This document shows positions 37,828-47,147 of a stretch of 64,000 bases of DNA, one piece after another (the stretch's first letter is position 1; every line of letters begins with the position of its first letter). The notes under the pieces were generated by a model. The model ran no database searches. It worked only from the letters and a program-made list of their open reading frames with translations, and was not told where the DNA came from. The position numbers were made by a program, and so were the translations under genes. The DNA comes from an uncultured Flavobacteriaceae bacterium (GTDB lineage Bacteria; Bacteroidota; Bacteroidia; Flavobacteriales; Flavobacteriaceae). The stretch is from NCBI GenBank assembly GCA_947500585.1, contig CANMSN010000008.1:17120-81119 (forward strand). The letters run 5' to 3'.

Positions 37828-38925
37828 ATGAAAATAGCAATATTAGGAACAAGAGGTATTCCAAATTATTATTCAGGTTTTGAGCAATTTGCAGAATTTT
37901 TTTCTGTTTTTTTAACTAAAAATGGTCATGATGTTTGGGTTTATAACTCGCATAATCATCAATATCAAGAAGAAACTTTTCATGGTGTAAATATTATTCA
38001 TCAATTTGATCCAGAATATAAAATAGGAACCTTTGGTCAGTTTATTTATGATTTAAATTGTATTCTAGATTCTCGAAAAAGAAATTTTGATATTATACTT
38101 CAATTGGGTTATACTAGTAACACTATATGGCATAGGTTATTACCTAAGAATGTTATAATTATTAGTAATATGGATGGACTGGAATGGAAACGAACAAAGT
38201 ATTCACCAATAGTTAGACGCTTTTTAAAGTTTGCTGAAAAACTAGCCATAAAGTCAAGCGACTATCTAATTTCTGACTCTATTGGTATTCAGAATTATCT
38301 TTTAAATGAGTATAATTCAAGTTCTGAGTTTATAGCTTACGGGGCTGAATTGTTTATGGAGCCAAATTCTAAAATTTTAAAGAAGTACAATGTCGAAGAG
38401 TTTAATTACAATATGTTAGTTGCTAGATTTGAGCCAGAAAATAATTTAGAAATAATATTAGATGGGGTGGCTTTAAGCAATAGTAAAACAATATTTTTAG
38501 TTGTAGGTAGACATGATGCCAATAAGTTTGGAGGGTATTTAAAAAATAAGTTTAAACAATCTACTCACATTAAATTTTTAGGAGGTATTTTTAATTTAGA
38601 ACATTTGAATAATTTAAGATATTATTCAAAATTATATTTTCATGGTCATTCTGTTGGAGGAACAAATCCTTCATTATTGGAAGCTATGGCATCAAAAGCT
38701 TTAATAGTGGCGCATAATAATGAATTTTCAAAATCAATTTTAGGCGAAGATGCTTTTTATTTTAGCACTAAAGAAGATGTGAAAATACATTTAGAAAATA
38801 TTGACAAAAAAGAGAACACGGACAAAATTAATAATTGTTATTCTAAAATTGATTGTGAATATAGGTGGGAAATTATTAATAATAAGTATTTAAACTTTTT
38901 TTATAAATGTATGAAACAAAATTAA
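37828..38925 (+). CDS. Glycosyltransferase with DUF1972-type N-terminus (WchF/RgpA-like, rhamnosyltransferase candidate)
   Basis: The N-terminus MKIAILGTRGIPNYYSGFEQFAE is characteristic of DUF1972 GT4 enzymes. The C-terminus has GGTNPSLLEAM. Confidence 0.65.
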   Translation: MKIAILGTRGIPNYYSGFEQFAEFFSVFLTKNGHDVWVYNSHNHQYQEETFHGVNIIHQFDPEYKIGTFGQFIYDLNCILDSRKRNFDIILQLGYTSNTIWHRLLPKNVIIISNMDGLEWKRTKYSPIVRRFLKFAEKLAIKSSDYLISDSIGIQNYLLNEYNSSSEFIAYGAELFMEPNSKILKKYNVEEFNYNMLVARFEPENNLEIILDGVALSNSKTIFLVVGRHDANKFGGYLKNKFKQSTHIKFLGGIFNLEHLNNLRYYSKLYFHGHSVGGTNPSLLEAMASKALIVAHNNEFSKSILGEDAFYFSTKEDVKIHLENIDKKENTDKINNCYSKIDCEYRWEIINNKYLNFFYKCMKQN

Positions 38926-39102
38926 ATTTTTTTTAAATTTTTAGTATTGTCCAGAATCAAATAAAGATTGAACTAGGAAGATTTTATTTAAATCCTTTGG
39001 CCATTTATATTGCTTTTTTGGTGACTTCAGTTAAAAACTGTAGAATATTTTTCTGATTTTGTCGCATCATATGCCTATTTGGATTATTATCTTTTATTAA
39101 TC

Positions 39103-39110
39103 TATATTTG
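39103..39110 (+). promoter_or_regulatory. Candidate internal -7 box (TATATTTG) at the module junction
   Basis: TAnnTTTG match 35 nt upstream of the ATG at 39146, inside the only long (220 bp) gap of the locus. Confidence 0.45.
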
Positions 39111-39145
39111 TAATGTTGAGAAAAAGACTTAAGCAATTATAATAG

Positions 39146-40489
39146 ATGTTTTTTAATAAAAATTATTCAAAATGGATTAGACCAATTCTATATGTTTTAG
39201 ATTTATTTATTTTAGTATTGTTTATTTATTTTTTCTTATCAAAAAATATAAAGGATATTATATTTTTTCTTTTTTTTTGGATTATACTTTCAATTTTTTT
39301 TTCTTTTTACAAAGTTTATCGATTTACAAAAATCATAAAAATTATTTCCTTGCTTTCTAAACAAACGACTGTTTTTTTACTCTTAATAGTTACTTATTTA
39401 TATCTTAATAGTTCTAATTTGTCACCAACGGTCATTCTAAAGTTTTTTATAATCCTTTTTTTTTCATTAAATATATGGAGAACTTTTCTACATATTACCT
39501 TCAGAAATTACAGAGTTATTACTGGCAGTAATTATAAGAGAGTAATAATAATAGGGTCGAATGATTCCACCCATAAACTGCAAATTTTTTTTAATAAAGA
39601 GATAGGTTTTGGTTATAAGTTTATAGGTTTTTTTTCGAATAATAAGAACATTTTTAAATTGGGTACAATTGAAGAGAGCTTTGATTTTATATTAAATAAT
39701 GAAATTGATGAGATATATTGTTCGGTAAAGGAATTAAGCAACAAACAAATTAAAGCGTTTATTGATTTTTGTGATATTAATGTTAAGAATTTAAAGTTTA
39801 TACCCGACAATAAGGAATTGTTTAGTAAAAATTTACGATTAAATTATTATGACATAACCCCAATACTCTCTTTAAGAGAAATTCCATTAGATGACTCAAT
39901 AAACAGTATTTTAAAACGAAGTTTTGATATATTATTTTCAGTTTTTATTATTGTTTTTGTTCTGTCTTGGTTAATTCCAATTCTAGGATTAATTATAACC
40001 TTAGAAAGTAAAGGGCCAATTTTTTTTCAGCAAAACCGTCCTGGAATTAAAAAAAAGGGATTTGGATGTTATAAATTTAGGTCTATGACATTAAACTCAA
40101 GATCAGAAGATTCTGCAACCAGAAATGATGTACGTATTACAAAAGTTGGTAGGTTTATAAGAAGAACAAGTATTGATGAATTACCACAGTTTTTTAATGT
40201 GTTTTTTGGGTCTATGTCTGTAGTAGGCCCTAGACCTCATTTATGGAGGCAAAATGAAATTTATGGCACTAAAGTCCCTAAATATATGGTTCGACATTTT
40301 GTAAAACCAGGTGTAACTGGTCTTGCGCAAGTTAAAGGTTATAGGGGTGAAATAGAATCAAAAGAAGATATCATAAATAGAACAAAATATGATATTTTTT
40401 ATATTGAAAACTGGTCTTTAATTTTGGATTTAGGCATAATTATTCAAACGGTCATCAATATATTCAAAGGCGAAGAAAAAGCTTATTAG
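39146..40489 (+). CDS. Polyprenyl-phosphate hexose-1-phosphate transferase (WbaP/WcaJ-type, large form), copy 1
   Basis: N-terminal TMs plus a central domain, followed by a C-terminal Bac_transf region (KRSFDILFS, IDELPQF, VVGPRPH, ENWSL). Confidence 0.9.
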   Translation: MFFNKNYSKWIRPILYVLDLFILVLFIYFFLSKNIKDIIFFLFFWIILSIFFSFYKVYRFTKIIKIISLLSKQTTVFLLLIVTYLYLNSSNLSPTVILKFFIILFFSLNIWRTFLHITFRNYRVITGSNYKRVIIIGSNDSTHKLQIFFNKEIGFGYKFIGFFSNNKNIFKLGTIEESFDFILNNEIDEIYCSVKELSNKQIKAFIDFCDINVKNLKFIPDNKELFSKNLRLNYYDITPILSLREIPLDDSINSILKRSFDILFSVFIIVFVLSWLIPILGLIITLESKGPIFFQQNRPGIKKKGFGCYKFRSMTLNSRSEDSATRNDVRITKVGRFIRRTSIDELPQFFNVFFGSMSVVGPRPHLWRQNEIYGTKVPKYMVRHFVKPGVTGLAQVKGYRGEIESKEDIINRTKYDIFYIENWSLILDLGIIIQTVINIFKGEEKAY

Positions 40490-40599
40490 TAAATTAGTAA
40501 TATTTTATTTAATTATATGGATTAATTTAAGCTAAACTAAATTCTATACTGGTTTTGTTGCATATTAAAAGTAAATAATTTTAAAAACCAAAAAAATAA

Positions 40600-41583
40600 A
40601 TGTTAGCTCATATAATAGTCTTTACAGTCTTATTTATAATTGAAGTTATTTATTTAAAATATGCATCAGTAAAAAGCATTCAAGAAAATACTAATATTGG
40701 AAGTAAAAGTCTTGTAAAAAGTATAACAGGCGGCGGCATTATTTTCATTCCCGCTATTTTTCTCTTTTTATTGTTTTTCTATGATGAAACTAATAGTAAA
40801 TTGGGTTATTATATTTTATCTACACTCATAGTAGCTTTTATAAGTTTTATTGATGATTTAAAACCACTATCACCACATATTAGATTAGCCATTCATTTTA
40901 TCGCTGTTACTATTGCTTTTTTTGGTTACGGGTGTTTTAGTAGTTTTTCTATTTCAATATTCTTTTTAATCATAGCTAGTTATATCTTAACCATAGGCTA
41001 TACCAACATTTATAATTTTATGGACGGTATAAATGGGATGACTTTTTTAAACGCTTTATGTAGTTATATTACTTTTTATTTGATTAATAATCATGTAATT
41101 CAGTTTACAAATAGTAATCTAATTATGGTACTTACAATAGCTACAATAGTTTTTGGCTATTTTAACTTTAGGAAAAAACCAAAATGTTTTGCTGGAGATG
41201 TTGGCAGTATAACAATAGGGTTTACCATTGCGTTTTTTACTCTAAAATTATTTGTGGCTACTAAAAATCCTCTCGTCTTTTTAATTTTAGGAATTTATTC
41301 ATTAGATGGAGGGTGGACTATTTTAGAAAGACTTTATAGAAAAGAAAATATTTTTAAAGCACATCTAAGACACTTATATGAACTTCTAGCAAATCAATTT
41401 AAAATATCTCATTTAATTATATCATCAGTGTATGCCTTATTGCAAGTTGTTTTAAATATATTAGTTTATTGTGCTATTAAAAACAACTACAATGATGTAA
41501 CTGGTTTTGTTATTATTTCAATATGTCTATCTTTAATATATATTTTCACAAAAAAGAGAATATATAAAAGGATAAAAATATAA
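40600..41583 (+). CDS. WecA/WbpL-like polyprenyl-phosphate N-acetylhexosamine-1-phosphate transferase (MraY superfamily)
   Basis: Polytopic protein with ISFIDDLKP and NIYNFMDGINGM motifs. Confidence 0.85.
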   Translation: MLAHIIVFTVLFIIEVIYLKYASVKSIQENTNIGSKSLVKSITGGGIIFIPAIFLFLLFFYDETNSKLGYYILSTLIVAFISFIDDLKPLSPHIRLAIHFIAVTIAFFGYGCFSSFSISIFFLIIASYILTIGYTNIYNFMDGINGMTFLNALCSYITFYLINNHVIQFTNSNLIMVLTIATIVFGYFNFRKKPKCFAGDVGSITIGFTIAFFTLKLFVATKNPLVFLILGIYSLDGGWTILERLYRKENIFKAHLRHLYELLANQFKISHLIISSVYALLQVVLNILVYCAIKNNYNDVTGFVIISICLSLIYIFTKKRIYKRIKI

Positions 41584-42728
41584 TGATGAAGCAAATCCAT
41601 CTTTCTTCAGTGCATATTTCTGGTAATGAAGTCAATTATATTAAGAGTGCAATAGGAAGAGGTGAAGTTTCAAATTATGGAGAAAACCTTGACCTATTCG
41701 AAAAGCAATTAGAAACTTATTTTTCTAAGAAATCTAAAATCGCACTTCTAAATTCTGGGACTGCTGCAATTCATTTAGCTTTAATTCAATTAGGAGTAAA
41801 ATATGGAGATGAAGTTATTTGTCAAAGTTTTACATTCTCTGCTTCTGCAAACCCTGTAGTTTATCAAGGCGCAACACCTATTTTTATTGATAGTGAGCCT
41901 GAAACTTGGAACATGTGCCCGAATTATCTAGAAACTGCTATATTGGATAGAATTTCTAAAGGAAAAAAACCAAAAGCTATAATTCTGGTTCATTCTTTCG
42001 GTATGCCAGCGAAGATTAATGAATTAGTTCCCATTGCAACAAAATATGAGATACCAATTATAGAAGACGCTGCCGAGGCATTGGGTTCAACGTACAACAA
42101 ACAAAAATGTGGAACTTTTGGAGATTATGGAATAATATCATTTAATGGCAATAAAATTGTAACAACTTCAGGAGGCGGTGCATTGATATGTAAAACCAAT
42201 GAGATAAAAGAAAAAACTATGTATTTGGCAACCCAAGCGAGAAGTAATGAGGCTTATTATCATCATACTGAAATTGGATATAATTATAGCATGAGTAATA
42301 TAGTTGCTAGTATTGGTATAGCGCAAATGGAAGTTTTAGACGAATATGTCTTACTAAGACAAGGTGTAAATAAATTTTATCAAGAATTTTTTAAAAATGT
42401 TGATGGAATTGAAGTTTTTAAAGAACCAAATTCTAAGTTTATTTCAAATCATTGGTTAACTTGTGTTTTAATTGATGAAACAAAAGCAGGTTTTAATAAT
42501 GACGATTTGAGATTAGAGTTACTAAAACATAATATAGAAGCAAGGTTTCTATGGAAGCCCATGCATTTACAACCTGTTTTTGAAAAACACCCCTTTTATG
42601 GTAATGATATTTCAGAAACACTTTTTAAAAAAGGGTTATGTTTACCGTCTGGATCTAACTTATCTCAAGACGAAAAGAATAAGATTAAAGAAGTAATAAC
42701 AAAGTTTATTTTAGATAATAAGAAATAG
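41583..42728 (+). CDS. DegT/DnrJ/EryC1-family sugar aminotransferase
   Basis: Fold-type I pattern with IEDAAEALGS and SFNGNKIVTTSGGG (PLP-Lys region). Confidence 0.9.
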   Translation: MMKQIHLSSVHISGNEVNYIKSAIGRGEVSNYGENLDLFEKQLETYFSKKSKIALLNSGTAAIHLALIQLGVKYGDEVICQSFTFSASANPVVYQGATPIFIDSEPETWNMCPNYLETAILDRISKGKKPKAIILVHSFGMPAKINELVPIATKYEIPIIEDAAEALGSTYNKQKCGTFGDYGIISFNGNKIVTTSGGGALICKTNEIKEKTMYLATQARSNEAYYHHTEIGYNYSMSNIVASIGIAQMEVLDEYVLLRQGVNKFYQEFFKNVDGIEVFKEPNSKFISNHWLTCVLIDETKAGFNNDDLRLELLKHNIEARFLWKPMHLQPVFEKHPFYGNDISETLFKKGLCLPSGSNLSQDEKNKIKEVITKFILDNKK

Positions 42729-42739
42729 ACTTATAAGCA

Positions 42740-43861
42740 TTGTTTTTGATAAAAAATAAAATTGAAATAGAAGATTTAATTGAACAGAAGCCATTTAATA
42801 TAAGTGATAACAAAATAGCTGAGTTAATTAAAGGTAAAACCATACTTATTACTGGTGGTGCGGGTTCAATAGGTTCAGAAATTGTTCGTCAGTTAGGAAA
42901 ATATAATCCCAAGAAACTCATAGTCATAGATCAATCAGAAACAGCACTTTATGATCTTTCACTTATTATGGAAAAAGAATTTAGATCATTTAAATTCTAT
43001 CCAATAGTAGGAGATATAAGAAATAAAAAGAAACTAAAATATTTATACAAAAGCTTTAAGCCTAATATAATTTATCATTGTGCAGCATATAAACATGTTC
43101 CAATGATGGAGAAAAATCCATCTGAAGCCGTTTCAGTTAATATCAAGGGAACAAAGATATTAGCTGACTTATCAGCTAACCATAATGCAGAACGTTTTAT
43201 AATGATTTCTACAGATAAAGCTGTAAACCCAAGCAATGTAATGGGAGCTACAAAGCGGGTTGCTGAGATGTATGTGCAATGGGTGTTTAATTCTTCCTAT
43301 AATAAATCAGGAACAAAGTTTATTACTACTAGGTTTGGAAATGTGCTAGGGTCAAACGGTTCAGTCGTTCCATTGTTTAAAAAACAAATTGAACAAGGTG
43401 GGCCAGTTACAATAACACATCCAGATATCATAAGATATTTTATGACTATTCCTGAGGCTTGCCAGTTAGTTATGGAAGCCAGTTCTATGGGGTCTGGAGG
43501 AGAGATTTTTATTTTCGATATGGGTAAAGCTGTCAAAATAATTGATTTGGCAAGTAAAATGATTCGTTTAGCTGGATTTATTCCAGGTAAGGATATTAAA
43601 ATTAAGTCGATAGGCCTGCGCCCAGGAGAGAAATTGTACGAGGAGTTATTGAATGATAAATCTATTACGCTTCCAACCTATCACGAAAAAATAATGATTG
43701 TTAAAGAAAGTAATGATAAATCTGATTCTGTTCAAAATGAGGTAGATGAAATCATCGAGGCAGCTAAAATAAATAATCCTACAAAAATTGTTAAAAAAAT
43801 AAAAAAGTTAGTACCTGAGTATAAAAGTTTAAATTCAACTTTTGAAAAACTTGATTTATAG
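42740..43861 (+). CDS. CapD/PglF/WbpM-type UDP-HexNAc 4,6-dehydratase, catalytic domain only (no membrane domain)
   Basis: TTG start. IEDLIEQKPF...GKTILITGGAGSIGSE, then AAYKHVP and TDKAVNPSNVMGATKR. Only an 11-nt gap to the upstream gene. Confidence 0.8.
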   Translation: MFLIKNKIEIEDLIEQKPFNISDNKIAELIKGKTILITGGAGSIGSEIVRQLGKYNPKKLIVIDQSETALYDLSLIMEKEFRSFKFYPIVGDIRNKKKLKYLYKSFKPNIIYHCAAYKHVPMMEKNPSEAVSVNIKGTKILADLSANHNAERFIMISTDKAVNPSNVMGATKRVAEMYVQWVFNSSYNKSGTKFITTRFGNVLGSNGSVVPLFKKQIEQGGPVTITHPDIIRYFMTIPEACQLVMEASSMGSGGEIFIFDMGKAVKIIDLASKMIRLAGFIPGKDIKIKSIGLRPGEKLYEELLNDKSITLPTYHEKIMIVKESNDKSDSVQNEVDEIIEAAKINNPTKIVKKIKKLVPEYKSLNSTFEKLDL

Positions 43862-43962
43862 TTTTATTTCCTCCCCAATAAGTTGTCTTATATCGTATAT
43901 TTTTATTTAATTGGCTTACTTTCAGTTTACTTTTCTATTTTTACTAACCTAAAATAAATATA

Positions 43963-44949
43963 ATGCAAAAAATATTAATTACAGGAGCAGCAGGTTTTTT
44001 AGGCTCTCACCTATGTGATCGTTTTATAAAAGAAGGCTATAAGGTTATTGGAATGGATAACTTTATTACTGGAGACAAAAAAAATTTACAACATTTATCA
44101 GATAATCCAAATTTTCAGTTCATAGATCATGATGTTACTGAGTTTATTAAAATAGAAGGCGATCTGGATTACATACTTCATTTTGCATCACCTGCCAGTC
44201 CTATAGATTATTTAAAAATTCCGATTCAAACATTAAAAGTGGGTTCTTTAGGAACACACAATTTATTAGGTTTAGCAAAAGATAAAAAAGCAAGAATTTT
44301 AATTGCTTCAACTTCTGAAGTTTATGGAGACCCATTAGTACATCCTCAAACTGAAGATTATTATGGTAATGTAAATACTATTGGTCCTCGTGGTGTATAT
44401 GATGAAGCAAAACGCTTTCAAGAATCTATTACCATGGCTTACCATACATTTCATGGTGTAGAAACTAGAATCGTACGTATTTTTAATACTTACGGACCAA
44501 GAATGCGACTTAATGATGGACGAGTAATTCCTGCTTTTATGGGTCAAGCACTTCGGGGTGAAGATTTAACTGTTTTTGGTGATGGTTCTCAAACACGTTC
44601 ATTTTGTTATGTAGACGATCAAGTAGAAGGGATATACAGATTATTGTTAAGTGATTACGTTTATCCAGTTAATATTGGAAATCCCCATGAAATTACCATT
44701 AGCGATTTTGCAGAAGAAATTATAAAACTAACTGGAACAACCCAAAAAGTAATTTATAAAGATTTGCCAGTTAACGACCCCATGCAGAGACAACCCGATA
44801 TTACCCTTGCTAAGAAGTTATTAGGCTGGGAACCGAAAGTTGATAGAGCAGAGGGCATGAAAATAACGTTTGATTATTTTAAAAGTCTAACAGAAGACGA
44901 ACTATACAAAAGCGAACATAAAGACTTTACGGGCTTTATAAATAAATAG
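43963..44949 (+). CDS. UDP-glucuronate decarboxylase (UDP-xylose synthase family)
   Basis: Has [19 protein letters not shown] and [14 protein letters not shown]; 328 aa. Confidence 0.85.
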   Translation: MQKILITGAAGFLGSHLCDRFIKEGYKVIGMDNFITGDKKNLQHLSDNPNFQFIDHDVTEFIKIEGDLDYILHFASPASPIDYLKIPIQTLKVGSLGTHNLLGLAKDKKARILIASTSEVYGDPLVHPQTEDYYGNVNTIGPRGVYDEAKRFQESITMAYHTFHGVETRIVRIFNTYGPRMRLNDGRVIPAFMGQALRGEDLTVFGDGSQTRSFCYVDDQVEGIYRLLLSDYVYPVNIGNPHEITISDFAEEIIKLTGTTQKVIYKDLPVNDPMQRQPDITLAKKLLGWEPKVDRAEGMKITFDYFKSLTEDELYKSEHKDFTGFINK

Positions 44950-44956
44950 CAGGCAA

Positions 44957-46366
44957 ATGGAATATAAACGCGGAAGATTTTCGTGGTTATTAAGGCCTGC
45001 GCTAATTATCTATGATATTTTTATCATTAACATTTTCGCACATTATTTTTTAAGTTTTAATGAACAAGACTTATACTTTTTTTCATCAGATTTTTTTAAT
45101 AACAAGCAACTATTATATTTAATATATACTATTCTTTTTTGGGTATTTTCAACTGCGCTACTGCGTTTTTATGAGGTTTATAGATATACTTCATTATTAA
45201 ACATCATATCACTTTTATTTAAACAACTTATAGTTTTTTTAATAGGTGTTTTTGCTTTTATTGGTATTTTTAGGAGTATAAACTTAGATGCATTTACGGT
45301 ACTTAGTTATATAATTTGGGTGTTTTTGGCAATTAGCGTCATTAAAATACTAAGCTTCTTATTTTTGAAAAGTTTTCGTGCTTATTTAAAAGGAAATTTA
45401 AGGAATATTGTTATTGTTGGAAGTGGGGATAATATTGACGAACTCATAAACATATTTACAAAAAAGAAAGAGCTAGGTTATAATATTAGAGCATTTTTTA
45501 GTAATAAAAATTCTAAAAATAGAACAGGAACCATTGAAGACAGTTTTAAGTATTTAAAACAAAATCAATCTATAGACGAAATTTACTGTGCTATTGATGA
45601 TTTATCTGAAAAGGAAGTAAACGAATATGTTAAATATGCGAATATCAATCACAGCAACATTAAGTTTGTTCCAAAAACCTCAAAGCTTTTTACAAAAAAA
45701 CTTCGCACCGATTATTATATGTACCTTCCTGTTTTATCTATTCAAGAAGGTCCTTTAAGCGATGATTTTAATAAATTTTTAAAACGTAGTTTTGATGTTT
45801 TGTTTTCCCTGTTTGTTATAGTATTCATTTTGTCTTGGCTTTCAATAGTGTTATTTATTTTAATTAAACTTGAGTCTAAAGGGCCTTTGTTTTATAGACA
45901 TAAGAGAAATGGTATAAATTACAAAGAATTTGAGTGTTATAAATACAGATCCTTAAAAACTACTCAAGAAATAAAAGGAACTTATGTAAAACCAAAGGAT
46001 CCAAGACTAACGAAAATTGGTAAATTTTTACGTAAAACTAATATGGATGAGTTACCACAATTCGTTAATGTTTTAAAAGGTGAAATGAGTGTTGTTGGTC
46101 CTCGTCCTCATATGCTATCTTATACTGATGAGTATTCAAAAAAAATTGATAAATACAATTTCATTTTTAGGCATCATATTAAGCCAGGAATTACAGGTTT
46201 AGCTCAAGTAAGCGGATTTAGAGGTGAAGTTGAAAAAGATAAAGACATTATAAACCGTATTAAATACGATAATTTTTATATTGAAAATTGGTCTATACTT
46301 TTAGATATAAAAATCATTTTTCAAACAATAATAAATATTATAAAAGGCGAAGAAAAAGCATATTAA
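44957..46366 (+). CDS. Polyprenyl-phosphate hexose-1-phosphate transferase (WbaP/WcaJ-type, large form), copy 2
   Basis: Same architecture as 39146-40489, with KRSFDVLFS, MDELPQF, VVGPRPH and ENWSI. Both copies end in KGEEKAY. Confidence 0.9.
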   Translation: MEYKRGRFSWLLRPALIIYDIFIINIFAHYFLSFNEQDLYFFSSDFFNNKQLLYLIYTILFWVFSTALLRFYEVYRYTSLLNIISLLFKQLIVFLIGVFAFIGIFRSINLDAFTVLSYIIWVFLAISVIKILSFLFLKSFRAYLKGNLRNIVIVGSGDNIDELINIFTKKKELGYNIRAFFSNKNSKNRTGTIEDSFKYLKQNQSIDEIYCAIDDLSEKEVNEYVKYANINHSNIKFVPKTSKLFTKKLRTDYYMYLPVLSIQEGPLSDDFNKFLKRSFDVLFSLFVIVFILSWLSIVLFILIKLESKGPLFYRHKRNGINYKEFECYKYRSLKTTQEIKGTYVKPKDPRLTKIGKFLRKTNMDELPQFVNVLKGEMSVVGPRPHMLSYTDEYSKKIDKYNFIFRHHIKPGITGLAQVSGFRGEVEKDKDIINRIKYDNFYIENWSILLDIKIIFQTIINIIKGEEKAY

Positions 46367-46367
46367 T

Positions 46368-47147
46368 TTGAGCTCATTAGTATCTATAATAACCCCAATG
46401 TATAATTCTGAAGCGTTTATTTCAGAAACTATAAGTAGTGTTATTAATCAAACCTATTCATTTTGGGAATTAATTTTAATTGATGATTTTTCAGAAGATA
46501 ATACATTAAGTATTATTGAACCTTTTCTAGACCAACACCCAAATATAAATCTTATAAGAAATTCTAAGAACGAAGGCGCAGCCATTACAAGAAATAAAGG
46601 AATAGAGGCTGCAAAAGGTCATTATATAGCTTTTTTAGATGGGGATGATTTATGGAAACCAAATAAATTAGAAACCCAAATTGCATTCATGGAAGCCAAT
46701 AATTGCGATGTTTCTTTTAGTAGTTACGAGCAAATTGATGAACAAGGGAAACCATTTAATAAGTTGGTGAAAGCATTACCAAAATTAACTTATAAAAAAT
46801 ATTTAAAAAGTAATTATATAGGAAATTTAACAGGGGTTTATAGCGCAAAAGCTTTAGGTAAAATAACAGCCCCTAATTTACGAAAACGACAAGATTGGTT
46901 ATTGTGGTTAGCAGCTATTAAAAAGTCTGGGAAACCAGCTTTGGGTATTCAAGAATCGTTGGCTTATTATCGAGTACGAGATAATTCGATATCTTCAAAC
47001 AAATTAGAATTAATTAAACACAACTTTTGGGTTTACAAAAAAGGTTTAGGGTTTTCTACCATAAAATCAATCTGTTATATGTTGGTTTTTTTAAAGGAAC
47101 ATTTCTTTGTAAAATCTAAACGAATTAAAGTTATAAGTAAGATTTAA
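46368..47147 (+). CDS. Glycosyltransferase family 2
   Basis: Has SIITPMYNSEAFISETISSVINQTY, ILIDDFSEDNT and FLDGDD (DxD). TTG start. Confidence 0.9.
   Translation: MSSLVSIITPMYNSEAFISETISSVINQTYSFWELILIDDFSEDNTLSIIEPFLDQHPNINLIRNSKNEGAAITRNKGIEAAKGHYIAFLDGDDLWKPNKLETQIAFMEANNCDVSFSSYEQIDEQGKPFNKLVKALPKLTYKKYLKSNYIGNLTGVYSAKALGKITAPNLRKRQDWLLWLAAIKKSGKPALGIQESLAYYRVRDNSISSNKLELIKHNFWVYKKGLGFSTIKSICYMLVFLKEHFFVKSKRIKVISKI

Noticed and set aside
39005-39070. Minus-strand mini-ORF (MMRQNQKNILQFLTEVTKKAI) in the 220-bp junction, considered as a gene remnant or IS scar
   Set aside because: It has only 21 codons, shows no similarity I can recognise, and has no inverted repeats or target duplications around it. 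This is insufficient evidence for a pseudogene or mobile-element scar.
39146-46366. Recent tandem duplication of the WbaP/WcaJ-type transferase
   Set aside because: The two copies differ substantially at both protein and DNA level, and their N-terminal halves are barely alignable by eye. They are therefore old paralogues or independently acquired genes, not a recent duplication.
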